Shown: piece by piece, positions 37,701 through 49,850 of the stretch
Layout of the letters: every line of letters begins with the position of its first letter
Position numbering within the stretch: position 1 is the first letter of the stretch
NCBI GenBank assembly: GCA_036172245.1
Contig: JAYWIR010000002.1
Location: 4,278,001-4,342,000 of the forward strand
Reading direction: 5' to 3'
Source: Raillietiella orientalis
Lineage: Eukaryota
DNA length: 64,000 nucleotides
Position numbers and translations under genes: made by a program
Notes under the pieces: model-generated
Seen by the model: only the letters and a program-made list of their open reading frames with translations
Database searches by the model: none
Told to the model about the DNA's origin: nothing

Positions 37701-37886
37701 CATGAAATCCAAGCCAGCGGGAAGATCTACCTGGTGCCTTCTCAAGTGAGAGACAGATATTTCCTGCGATTCTCCGTGTGCTCCCGTTACTGCACCGAGG
37801 CGGACATTGAATTCGCCTGGAAGGAGATCAGCAGTCAGGCAGACAAACTAAAGATCGCCGTCCGAGAACGCCTTACAGTAGAATGA
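34712..37886 (+). CDS. Ddc: Aromatic L-amino acid (DOPA) decarboxylase-like, PLP-dependent group II decarboxylase, 483 aa
   Basis: Ten exons: 34712-34912, 35398-35511, 35561-35680, 35735-35864, 35982-36130, 36177-36288, 36339-36456, 36504-36594, 36658-36858, 37671-37886, all GT-AG. Motifs: [52 protein letters not shown] (PLP lysine), DPEYLKH, DYRHWQIPLG. NPHK and PLG favour DDC over HDC/TDC, but paralog assignment needs a tree. Confidence 0.93.
36950..37500 (+). mobile_element. LINE endonuclease remnant in the last DDC intron
   Basis: SERNFWEI...TGDYPS (cf. ERxxFW...GDFN) and GCWRQ (cf. GxWRxN) traces in order. Confidence 0.4.
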
Positions 37887-37891
37887 ATAAA
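37886..37891 (+). terminator. Candidate polyadenylation signal of the DDC-like gene
   Basis: AATAAA overlaps the last base of the TGA stop (gaaTGAATAAAat). Confidence 0.5.
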
Positions 37892-37999
37892 ATACCATGT
37901 GGTTGCTAACTCATGTTGGCCAGCATCCGGGAGCGAGCTGCTTGCGGATGGAAGAACCTGAGACAATTCTGTAGGATGCGCGACGGTGGATTCGATATC

Positions 38000-40150
38000 G
38001 ACGCCGCCAACTGCTTCATTGGCCCGCCCTCCTCCTAGGCAGGCTTCCGGGAGAGATGAACAGCAACAGCATTTGTTTTGCTGGTGCCGGATCCATGCGC
38101 TCAGGGAAATTTTGAAACGCGCCTTCCGGATGCACGCTCTCTCCCCTTGCTCCGGAAGGAAAACGATTGTCTTAGCTCGTTCCTTCGGGTGTTAGATTCC
38201 GGAGACTCTTAAAGGGAGTCAGGCGAGAGGATTCTGATCAGTGTTGCCTCTGCTGATCGAGGAATTTTCAGAACGAGGCTCGAAGAGATCCGTGAGATGG
38301 AAAGGCAAACATCTCTATCGAAGGTATGGGGAAAACACACCTTCTTGAAAGTACATAAAGTTCGTATCAGAAGGTTGAGAAAATACAAGGGGAATATCCC
38401 CGATACAATTGGAGCACAAATAAGAACAGAGACTGTCCAAGCTTCCATGAAGATACGACTTCCCCGTGGATGGCACATTCCCTTGCCGAGCCAACTGCCA
38501 GCAAAGTAATGTATGCAAAATGTTTGAAGACAACGAAAGTAACGGAGGATTTATCGATCCTTCGTAATGCATGGGACAAAGAATACTTGCGAACTCTTGC
38601 ATTACTGCGAGATCTCCGAATCCAGACTAAGAGATTCTGCGGCTCCAGCAGTCCTTGCGAACGCAATTTCAGCGATAGCATTCGGTTTTGATCTCTTCAC
38701 AGGGATCGGAACTCCCGCGTTGTTGGGAAAAGAAAGACAAAACTGCTGAAAGTTTTCCTGGGATCCCATTCTATGTGCACTACTGCCCCTCGTCCTGCGG
38801 GTAAATTGTTCTGCCTGGCAATCATGGGAAACTTGTTTTTCGGTCTGAGCAGTCCACCTGCATGATCTCATTTGCTATCAGAAGTTCACCGGGACCATTA
38901 TCATGGCGATATCAAGTTGGAATTCTGAATGCATCTCAGGAGAAGATGCAAAGTGGCGATGCGAAGGCGCGCACTCGGAAGAACTCCATCACGGAACCGA
39001 AGATCATGTGTTTTCATCACAGTTTGAGAATGCATCTACCACATAGGAGAAGTAGCCGAAATCCCAGTGATCGAGATGGGTCGTCCAGGCAACAGCATTG
39101 CGTCGAGCAGAGAGCAGTGGCAGCTTCGAATCCGTAATGTCGGAGGATGAACCGATTCCCGTCGAAGGAAGCCAGTGCAGCGTGAATAGTGTTCTGCCCG
39201 TAAGCCTTGCACACCTGGCATCCCTGCTGGCTGAGTTCGCTTCTCACGCATACACGCGTGTGTCCGTGCTTGCATGGAATTCAATAAGGAAGTCGCTGCC
39301 TTGCAAGGAATCTTTATTCATCATGCAAGAACGAACTCCTGGCACAAAGGCAATATTTCGGGAGAGTATTCTCGAGCTTGAGAATTCCAGATTACTACGC
39401 CGGTGGAGACCATGTGGCTCGTTTATTGGCATGTGGCATATGTTGGCTTGTCCAGCCGAGAGTGCCCCTGTGATAATTGCCGCCTCATGGGGAAGTTGCG
39501 CAAGGTGTGGTTCTTTCCTTTAGACTTGCTGTTTGCAAACGAAGGAGATGACATTTCTGAAGATGGTCTGGAATCTGCTACGAATCTCTTTGAACCTGTT
39601 CCGACGAAAACTTTCCGTTTGTCCGATCCAGGCAGCAAAGTGGAATCGTTTGCCCAGATACTTTTTTTTTTTCTTTTTCCTGCAGATCTTCGGACACCGA
39701 ATAACGTTTACTGATTTGCTGCTGCATGGAGTGAATGCAGGGCTGGAAATCAAAGCCCATTTCCTGTGCAAACTGATTCCTGGATTTACGATAGCCAACC
39801 TCCTCCTCCATGGCAGACGAGTTGAAATGCTCCAGTAGGCTGACAAATCGATGTCTAAAGTTCGGACGAGGTGCATTTTCAGCGATTTCCAACAACCTCA
39901 TGAGCTACGCCCGGATTAGGAACAGGACGTGGACCCGAGTGTTGCTATTGGCACTTTATCCGTGATCAACACTGCATATTGAACTCAACACTTGCTAGGA
40001 CTATTGGCTATACGTTGTAGATCACCCGATGAATTTCCAGATAAAGGCAAACCTGGCAGACCGTCAGAGCATGACGAGATTGTGGATTAATACAACGAAG
40101 AACGTCTGGAGCAGCCTTTCCCAAACCGTGTTCCGCAGCAGTGTTCCGTG
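38000..40150 (-). mobile_element. Degenerate LINE reverse transcriptase to 3' region
   Basis: Ordered traces GLPGLPLSG (GxRQGCPLS), a decayed AYADD-like site near 39.91 kb, KYLGKRF, SKGKNHTL, RILSRNIAFVP. Confidence 0.55.
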
Positions 40151-40499
40151 AAAAATTATGAAAACTGAGGTATTTTAAATGCCAAGGTGAAATTCAGGCG
40201 CTCCTCACTTTGCGTGTCGACTTTTCTAATATTGTGTGCCTGACATCGAAAGGATTTGTAATCCAAAGACCCCAAAACATCGAAGCCATTAAGAAAGTGG
40301 TTTTTCTGCTTATTCGCCGGTTTATTTTACCATTTTCTTGTGTTTTGTTTTCCATAATTAAAACTTGAGAATAAGTGTTTGTTTTTGTTTTCTTAACTCT
40401 TATATTTACTTGCTCCATTTATTTATTATTAGTATCTGCCTACCCTATAAAATAAGCAAGGTGTTTCGTTGAAATTTCAGGATTTGTGAAGTGCTCCGT

Positions 40500-41472
40500 C
40501 AACGCTTGCGAAACGCTGGTCTAAAGTGTTGACCACGATCCACTTCAGTGGATCCACCGGTACTCTCATCAACTAAGTACATGAGCGTTGGATGCGTGGC
40601 TAATGCTGTAGCCACACAATTCAAGCCATTTTCAGTGAAATGAGCTGGATGAGCATCATACTGCTGCATGTGAACTAATCCCGGTCGCACAAGACAATGT
40701 TGTCTCAATGATATTGTGTTTATGTTCTCCCTCACTATCTATCAGAGTTCCAGTGACGTATTTATTGACAACTTGCGGTCCATATGCACGTGGATCTTGA
40801 AAAATCTTTAGCACTAGTAAATGTGCATCATGGAATCGATTCATGGACTCAGGATCACTTGAAACGACTCGGGGAGATCTTCGAGAAGACTTTCTGTAAC
40901 CTTTGGGATGAGGAGACTAACAGGAATGAGTGCGGAAGTGCGTACCGTCATTATAGTTTCCAGTAATCTCTTTAGGACAATCATGTGGGGATTTGCACCC
41001 GATGCCATCATGCTTTGCAAATAATGTTCCAGCTCAGTTATAATTTTGTCAAAGATCTGTGTCCGCTCTTCCACACCATACGCTTGATCAGATTTCTCTG
41101 ATGGTCAGGCGATGACAGCTTTGCTACTACCAACAGGGATAGACATCATTGGGAATGAAATGGTGTCCCTCTTAGTAGTTTGTAAAAAAGCCCATCTATG
41201 TCGCAAGCAAATTTTTCCTAAACAGCTGCTTGCTGTGAAGTCACACCGTCTACTTTTGTTCGAATCTGTTGTGGAATACGTTCAGCCGGTAAGTAAGAAC
41301 GGTTCGCGTCATTTTTCGCACTTCGTAGTCGTTAGACAAACGTTTAGTGTCCGTCTATTGATCTCTGGCACACTTTTTCCATGGCAGATTTCTGAATAAA
41401 ACAACAACACAGCTCTAAATTGTCTTGAGATACAACAGAAGATACTTGCTCCAGTTGAATGCGAGCAAGTAT
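40500..41472 (-). pseudogene. CNOT1: Decayed internal fragment of CCR4-NOT scaffold subunit NOT1 (DUF3819/post-MIF4G region)
   Basis: Frameshifted or stop-containing pieces QDNLELCCCFIQKSAMEK, ERIPQQIRTKVDGV...AV*EKFA, QIFDKIITELEHYL, HLLVLKIFQDPRAYG, LVHMQQYD...ENGLNCVA are colinear with the known CNOT1 sequence. The rest of the gene is not recognisable in the window. Confidence 0.85.
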
Positions 41473-42999
41473 CTGAAAGAAAGAGGCACGGATGCGTTGC
41501 AACAGACGGGTCCACCGAGTCCATCAGCGGTTTCGTTCCCAAAGCAAAATAAGGACTTGGAACACCTCAGGATGGTGGAAACTTGTTGCTAGCTGTATCA
41601 GAGGTTCTGGAAGTGCTTCTAAATCCTAAGTGCGCTCAGCGGCTGGTTCATTGCGATCTTCCGTTGCCCGGTGGCGATGTTACTGATTCCGAAGCGCCCT
41701 GTGGTTTCTGGAGCTGCTTGATAAAACTGCTTGATACTTACTCCAGAATCTTGAGTTCCGTATGCAGTGTGATCACGAAATCCCATCTCTACGAACTAGG
41801 TTGCAGGTCATGCGTAAAGTCAATCGACTCGTTCAAGTTGAATGATGCTAAGTAAAACTTTTGGGTCGGCAACTCACCTGCTCACTCTCTATTTACTTGA
41901 TTTAACTGAGGAATGTTGTCGACATGGTGAAGCAACTAGCCCTGAAAATGGATGGCGCTCAAGCGTCGAGCCTATACCCAACCGCCGGGACAGAGCCTTT
42001 CCGGCCTTCCGGGAGCGTTCCGGAGGATGGCAGGTTCCTCAGGTTCCGGCGAGGGTCGCGACGGTGTGCACAGAACGGTTTGGGCACGAACTTGCCTGGA
42101 GCCGCCAGATCTTGGTGGTGGTAGCAAATACTCCAGTGAGATCCTGGAGGTCTGATGTGGAGAAGGGTTCCATGCGAACAGCCTTTGAGCATGGTTCAGT
42201 CGATCCTAAGTCTCCTTTAAGGCTCCTTTGACGAGCTTCTCAAAACCTGACTGTGATAGAAAACTCTTCTTATAGTAGTTTTTTTCAGTTATTATTATCA
42301 TACAATTGTTAGTATATAATCAGATGTTCACGCTTCCAAACCTTCCACCTTGTATTTTTTCAGTGTTATGTGCTTAATTTATCATTTGTAAACGTGGATC
42401 AGGCAAACAAACTGAATCCTTGACCAAGACCGGAAAAGTTTACCAAGGGGAAGAAAAAAAAAAAAATACCAACTTATATCGGAGATGGATAGAGCCAAAA
42501 GCATTCAGAATGCAGTCAGTAAGTTTGAGGGCAAACTTAGGCCATACTGTATGCATTTCAAAATTACTGCTGGGAATTGCTGACAGGAAGATTATGACCA
42601 AACATAGAAGTCATCAACGACAAGATAGGGGGATTTTGATGCTTTCGTGAAAAGAACAGCAATGGAGTGCAATAACCTGTGTCGCATGCATGGAGATTTG
42701 TATCCTAACTTTTCTAAGAAGCAAACTCGAATGGTTGATTGATTTTGATCCAAAGATTGGTGTTTGAACCACTTGAAATTTCTTTACAGCACACTTACGC
42801 TCTCATCTCAGGAATCGAAAAACAGATGAAGCCTTTTACAGATCAGCAATCACTAATATAAAAACACGATATCAAGAGGAAAAATACTATACAATAAATT
42901 CCAAGCTACTAATTCCAAGACTAAATACTATGTAGCTTAAGCTTCAAAAGCTTTGATAACCAATGAGCACAGGACCGAATGAACCATATTGATGACCAG

Positions 43000-43935
43000 A
43001 AGAACGAAGTAAATAATATTTCGGAACGGTCACTACAGTACTTCTAAAGGAGGTACATTCTGGCTTCCATCATACGTGAAGATTTTGTTAGCGAGACCGC
43101 AGTCACTGACTAGCCTTACTAACGATTGCAGTCCTTGCCATGAGGCACACACGTAATGGTTAGCTGGACAAAGTAGATTTGGGAGCAGAAGTATGCACCA
43201 AACAAATGAAAGTGCTTCAGGCTGTGACTGGATACCGAACGAGAAAGCCTGTGTAGTGATTAACATGATGTGATGTGGATTTATGTCAAGCGGGTTTCCG
43301 GGTTTTGAAGTGAGTGCTACGAAACCAACGACAAGGAGATGTGATTCCACACTCGAGTGCGCCCGGGAGTTTCTTACTCTTACAGGGATCGATGGAGCCA
43401 ACAGAGCCACCGATTCCGATGATTGCACTGGAAAACACAAAACAAAGGGGGAGGCCGGCGAGGTCCGTCACGGGCGATGTGATCACAACGATCTGTTGCA
43501 TCCGCGCCATGGTGACAGCTCCGCCTGCGCTGCAGCCTCGTCCGCATCGAAGGGATGCCATCAGCATGGCAGCCCTTCGATGCGTGGCATGGCAGCATCA
43601 GCATGGCAGCCGCCTTGATGTGGATGGCTCTACAAGGTGCCCCCTCACGTGCCAGAATAAGTCGTTAGTGAGATCGCCACCGTACACAGCCGCTTTTAGG
43701 AAGAAAGGAACGATGAAAACCACAGACCCCTTGTCCCTACCCCCCTGTCTTTCTTCATTTATTTAACGTCCCCTTCCTGCTTTCCCTACTACCTTAGAAG
43801 CCGGCCTGGGTGCCGTTAGTCACCCCCAATGAGCTTTTCTTTTCTGGCACCTTTTGCATTCAAGGGACACCGCTAGCCTTAGTTGTGGGTTTATTTTTGA
43901 AATAAACCTCCCGGTGAGACCGGGTGCAAACACGA
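43000..43935 (+). mobile_element. LINE 3' fragment with conserved 3' terminus
   Basis: VITTICCIRAMVT matches TICCIHAIVT at 25.6 kb. Hairpin CCGGCCTGGGTGCCGT 43801-43816, AATAAA 43901-43906, then cccggt-gag-accggg. Confidence 0.65.
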
Positions 43936-45122
43936 AACCAGCGATGAAGATTCCACCACCATTGCAAAATGCTGCCATAAAAAACCCCAGAGGCATGCAA
44001 TTTGCCTGCTACTCTGAATATCAACTTGAATTTGAGAAACACGGCGTGATTGTTCTTGTTACTTATTTGGGTTGTGTACTTCCATTCCAAGATGGCTCTC
44101 AACACCTTCCTCGCATTCAGGAAAATCAAAACTTTACTATGGATTTACACATAAATGTTCCCGGATCTTTCTGTTGCCACCAGTTCAAGATCACCAATGT
44201 AGCAACAAAACTGCAAGAACTGCTCCCCCCCCTCCTTGTTGCAAATCCAGCAACAGGCACGGATCAAAAAACGAAGGGATTTTTCAATTCTTCAGTGTTT
44301 TACGTACAGTCCATGTGCATCGCTAACTAAAGTTTGCCAGCATCTGATAAAAAAAAAAAAACAAAAGTACCTGGAATGCTGCAGTTCGATAAGTCCGCAC
44401 ATTCTGCAAATAAAAACTTCGGGAAGGTATCCAATCTTCCGGTGAATGCTTGCGAATGTCGCTGTGCAAACTGCATTGATGTCTAATAAGCCCAATGAGA
44501 AGTTACGGAAAAGAAATCAATGCAACAAAATACCCTGACAGATTATGCTACTATCTGTCAATGATGTTAACCTTGATTGATCTCGTTCGTACTGATCATG
44601 GGATTCAGCGGATGTAAAACCCAACACTAATACAGGAGGCAACGCTTTCTCATTGAGGGTGCTGTTGTCTTTATAAAGGGGGAGGGGAGGGGAATTGGGG
44701 AAGGTACGGAATTTCGGCGATTTCCGTGAGCTCTGCATCTTCTATTTGGACACAAACGCACACAATCCATGACAAATTCACATGCTGAATGAATGAAATC
44801 AGGACATGACAAAAACATCTATTACTAGGTGCCCCCTGGCGTGGTGATTCCTGGATGCATAATAATTAAAGGGGCTGAATTAGATACACCTGGTAAATCT
44901 GACGAACTTCATAAATAACAAAACCATATGTTTATTTTAACCCTAATGGAAGTTACCAAGAATTACTATACTTTCAAGTGAATGAGATGGATCCTCGGAA
45001 AGACTAAAAATTTTCGATGCAAGTAATCAAGTGCATGAAAAGCAAACTTTTTTCAAACCGAAGCTTACTGCTAAAACTATACAATTGGCCTGTTAACCTA
45101 CAACATATTACATTTTGTGATT

Positions 45123-45824
45123 TCATGAAGTTTTGATGAATCTTATGTCACTTAAAGTTTTGAATACTGTATTAATAAGTCCTTGATTGTTTGCACCAGC
45201 ATTTTCCAATTTTAACTGATCACCATTCACTTGTGGTTTGCTTTCTGATAAAGGAAGCTGATTGTGTTTAACAGAAGAATGGGACAACTTTCGATAAAGT
45301 TCCTTAATACGAGCTGAATTTTCTTCACACTGGAACTGTAAATCTGCAAGACTACTTTTCAAATCACTAATTAGTTCTTCTCTAACTCTTTCCTTTTCTT
45401 TTTCTTTATGTGAACTCCTAAAATATTCAGCTGTAATAAGTGAAGCAGCACTTATAAAAATAAATCCCTCTCCAAGCATGTTTGCTCCTAACTCAATAGC
45501 CATGCTTTCATTCAATTTGGAAACCGTGGCAGTTTTTCCCATACCCAGAATCCACATTTTCACATTCACTTCACACCAATGATAAACTAAAAAAACAAAA
45601 AAGTGACATAAGACTCTGAATTTTTCAAACGCTTCAATATATCACATATGAATATTGGATGATTTTAATACACATGGATTACATTGTGCTGGAGGCATGC
45701 ATACATATGTCCTGAAAAAGTAACTGCTCTTTGCTCTTGTTTTGATTCTTTCTGCAATTGGCTTGCTGATTTGTCTCAACAACAAGAAGGCCAACTTTAC
45801 AACTGGAAAGGCAGCTACAACCAT
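45123..45824 (-). CDS. OPA3: Optic atrophy 3 protein homolog, 201 aa
   Basis: Exon 1 45824-45683 ([24 protein letters not shown]...[17 protein letters not shown]), GT-AG intron, exon 2 45586-45123 ([11 protein letters not shown]...[20 protein letters not shown]...EYFRS plus coiled coil). Minus-strand AATAAA at 44936-44931. Confidence 0.95.
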
Positions 45825-47449
45825 TTTTCATCTTTATACAATCATATTCAACTCTAAAAGTAGTACACTTTATTTTTTCCTGTCATCTTGAACCAACTGA
45901 TGAATTAATATTTTACAAGTGCTTCATGCCCACAACTAAACTTTCTTATGTTTTCAAGATATGCTATTTTTTTTTAATTTGAAATTTTCCCTCATGTTCA
46001 TATTAATCGGATATACGGCAGCAAGACATTGGATCTGCTTATGCTGCTTAATTAGCTTCATATAAACTGTTAAAAAGCGTGTACAAGCTATAAAAAACAA
46101 TTTGAATTTTTTTGCCATCCCCCAAACGCCCAAACGCAGTTAAAACATCCAAATGAACTGAAAACACTGCAAAATATTTCAAATACTGCAGTGAACGTCG
46201 AATGCAACTACTTTCTTAGCAACTGGGATGTAGATGACTACATCCCAACCTGACCGCACGTGATAAACATTTTAATACATAACCCAATCATTTTAAAGCA
46301 GTACGTAACTTACTACATTCGAATAGTAATTTCAAAAAATCTTTTATCCTATTGTTCTTAAATGAATGAATTTCCTTCAAAGCAATAAGCGCATATTAAT
46401 GTCCTATCCAAGCGCTAGCAAACTCCTTACGGTTTACATGCATACCAATCCCGCAAACTCCAAATGTTGCCTGACATGCACTTGTTTGCCAGAACCATTT
46501 TCCATTGTCTTGAGCGATACATATATATAAAAAAAAATCCTTCATCTTTGGACTATCGGACACACAAACTGAAATACATATTTCATTATTAATAGTTATT
46601 CGATCAAATACTGTGTGGCTAATTTTTAAATGGCAATTGGCAAACGAATAGAACAATAAAATATCTAACAGAATCTGGCGGGAAAGAAAAAAAAAAAAAC
46701 AAAAACAGAAATCTTTCTAAAATTCACTTTATTCCTAAAATTCTTTATTCCAATTTTTCTACAACAACCAAACTTTCTCCAAGAAATCGGAGTTGCAGTT
46801 AACTGGTGATTGCATGACTAGTATATCTGTGGTATCCAACAATCTACGAAACAAATCCCGCTTTTACTTTTCTTTCTTTTTGATCTTAAAAAGCTAGCAA
46901 AGTCTGCGGTTATAGCAAAAGAAAATAGAGTTGGTTTGAGAGTTGGCATTTGATTGCTCATTTGTTATTTTCGCTATATCTGTTAGCTCTGACATTTGTT
47001 CTAATACAAAATTACAACGCTTTTAGTTAAAGCCAGAAACATATTTTGAAATAGACACATGAGGTAACTAATCTCGCTTACTGTCGCATAGTTGATACGT
47101 CCCATCCACAGCCCGGGACCAGTCTCCCTAAAGAAACTGGAAAGGAACCGGAAGAAGTGGGCTCGAGTTACTGCTGCCCTCCTAGACGCAGCACTGCCCG
47201 TCCTACGGAAGAGAACTTATACTCTTGGCACCTCTGATCTTGTCCTTTCCTACAGCAGCACTGTACACTTCTTTACACGTAAAAGACTCCTCTATAAGGC
47301 TAGCATAAGGCGATTACTTGGTTAGTTTCGGACTAATTCCACACATAATTAATACATAACGCTTCTGTATCACTATTTCATTTGGTTGTGCATAGAGGTA
47401 TCACAACTAGAAACCAAACTTCTGAAAGGAATACCAGATAGTTCCAACG

Positions 47450-49850
47450 GGCCGATATGGTTTGAATCTGAATTTACACCTTGTGGAACAGCACTGAATT
47501 TTAGCTCTGCTTGCTACACTAGTCTTTATGAGTTAAGGACTTGAAACTTCATCGAGTCAACGTAAAGAACTCCAGCTTCATGTGCAAGCAAAGCTTGCAA
47601 GCAGTCAATTGAGATGGAAACTTGATGACTTGTACAGGGTCCCTGCTAAAACATTCAAACATCACGCTGACTATGCAACACTAATTTTCCATCCTATTCA
47701 GTTCTGCGTTGATACTATTGATGTGATTGTCCCTTGTGCGAAGCTGCTTTCATTCCAAACACAGCAAACGTATTTAAAGGGTTACTAAGTGAAGATTGCA
47801 TGTGGTCAAACGCCTATTAGTTGCTCGTGCATTTGGGAAGTGAATTTTTTATCACGAAATGCAAAGCAAAAAGAGGAGCGAAATGTACTGAAGACAAAGA
47901 TGAATGTGGAGAAGAAGCACTGCAGGCGTTGGACGGTCAGCTCAGATCGAAACCATCAACACGAACGGGAAGGCTTTTCTGGTGCACATTGAATTGGTCG
48001 CGCCTCTATGGCTTCTAAATTACTCCAAATGTATATCGTCAAAGTTTGGAAATACGTCCATTCATCCAATAAATGAAACATATGAAGGACGTTGGCAGGA
48101 ACACTCTAACGGAAATGAAAAATTCAGAAATGCAGGAAATTTTTTATTGTATTTACTTGGATTTATGGTTTTAATCGTAAGAAAAATGATCTAATTTCAT
48201 TGAAAACAGTAATCGAAGTAGGCTATGCGATTAGGAAACCTAATTTGTTGATCAATTATCATCAGTCGATGAAATGCTTTCTTTCAATAACTGATATGGA
48301 ATATAATAATTATAGTAACATCGAGAGATGGAAAACATGTGCTTTGACTCTTAGAATGTACTGAATGTCGAAACTATTAATACGTAATCACATTCCACAT
48401 ATTGTGAAGGACATTTAAACTGAATAACAAAACTGCAATTTGCTGAATTTGTTGAATAAACTCGACTGGCCATATATCCTATATAAGGAAAATGTTTCAT
48501 GAAAAGCTCCTGAGGTCTGCTTAAATCGTTCGTATCTGAAACAGAACAGTCAAACTTCAACGGAGGCTTTTCTGAATGCCAGTGGGAAATTCATTGACAA
48601 ATTTTATAATACGTGACTAATCTGAAGAGTCAGTGATACTGGAATCTGATGGATTCCTCAAGAAGCACCGGTCTTTTTTAAAATTCAGACTACTTGGGCG
48701 TCGAATCAGTCTTTAAATTCATGAATCTAATTTTAATTTTGATCTCCAGCATCGACTAGCAGACAAGATGCAGTTGAATCAAAAGTTGGGAAAACTCTAA
48801 AACCGAAGATCCAAGAACAGTGTCCCATTTTTCCTGCTGTCCTATTTTTCGTTTGTTTTCCAAAACTCAGAATTAGAAAAATGAGAACTGCTTAGAGCCC
48901 AGTGTAGTTCAACTTCTCCGTGGCACCCACAACTTCTTTGGTTACTGTAACTGGTCGGTAAACTTGTTTTGCCGTTAATGAGATGTCGAAGCTTCGAAAG
49001 CAGATACCCGTCTTGGGCAACTGCCTCGAGCTCGTCCGTTGAGGAACGAGGGCAAGTCCGATGGTCCACCACGATTGCAACGTGAACTTGAGAAAAGTTG
49101 TGCGATCACGGTGCTTCCACAAGGCCGCACAAACCGTTAGCAAGAACATGGAAGCATAGAGTTTAGGATCTCTTCGTTAGCTTCGAAACCAAGATGCCGA
49201 ACCAGGAAACCTTTGCTTCCGACTGGGTGGAGAAATCTGTCGGCAAACCGATCAAGACGAACAAGAAAGGCGGCAGCGGCATGGCGCCTCCAGAGTGGCC
49301 TAGAAGATGATCGGTTGCCTAGAAGGATCGTCGACTCTCCCCGGCAGTTACGCGATCACGGAAACGTAAATCTAGAAGGTCCTCTCGTCAGGAAGCGTTG
49401 TGCCTTCTGCCATGACCGGGAAGGTTACAGATACATCAAGCACGATTCTCCATAATGATGCGAAATTCGTGGTAACCCAAACGGCTGGAGATTTTCGAGT
49501 TTCTCTTCAGTGCATTCATAGAGTGACCTTTGGGTACGTGGAGATGTACAACGCAGCATACATCCATAATGGCAGTACAGAACTCTATCAAAATGCACGA
49601 AGGGATGAATATTTGGTCAAGCTGTCATATTCCTTTCTCCTGTTATCACTTGCAAAAGTTTTGAAACGGACGAAATTCTTCCCGCTGCGCTGGAAACAGG
49701 ATGTTCTGCTGCCTTCCCGCACTGGGGATTCCAGTGCAATCAGCGAAGACACCTCGTTTCCCGGGGGAACTGCCTCCCCTGAACTGTCTTAGGTCACGTC
49801 AGTCATAACTGGAGATTTCTTTATCTATATATCTTGTTGCAAGAGTCTAG
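47450..49850 (+). mobile_element. Highly degenerate LINE remnants (endonuclease and 3' region)
   Basis: KLDDLYRV...TIDVI and IWEVN traces (APE), and RWKQDVLL at ~49.7 kb matching QWKQDVLP of the 25.8 kb copy. Confidence 0.4.

Noticed and set aside
47082-47345. Possible solo LTR (TG...CA, GC-richer block in AT-rich DNA)
   Set aside because: No matching target-site duplication, second copy, PBS or PPT in the window.
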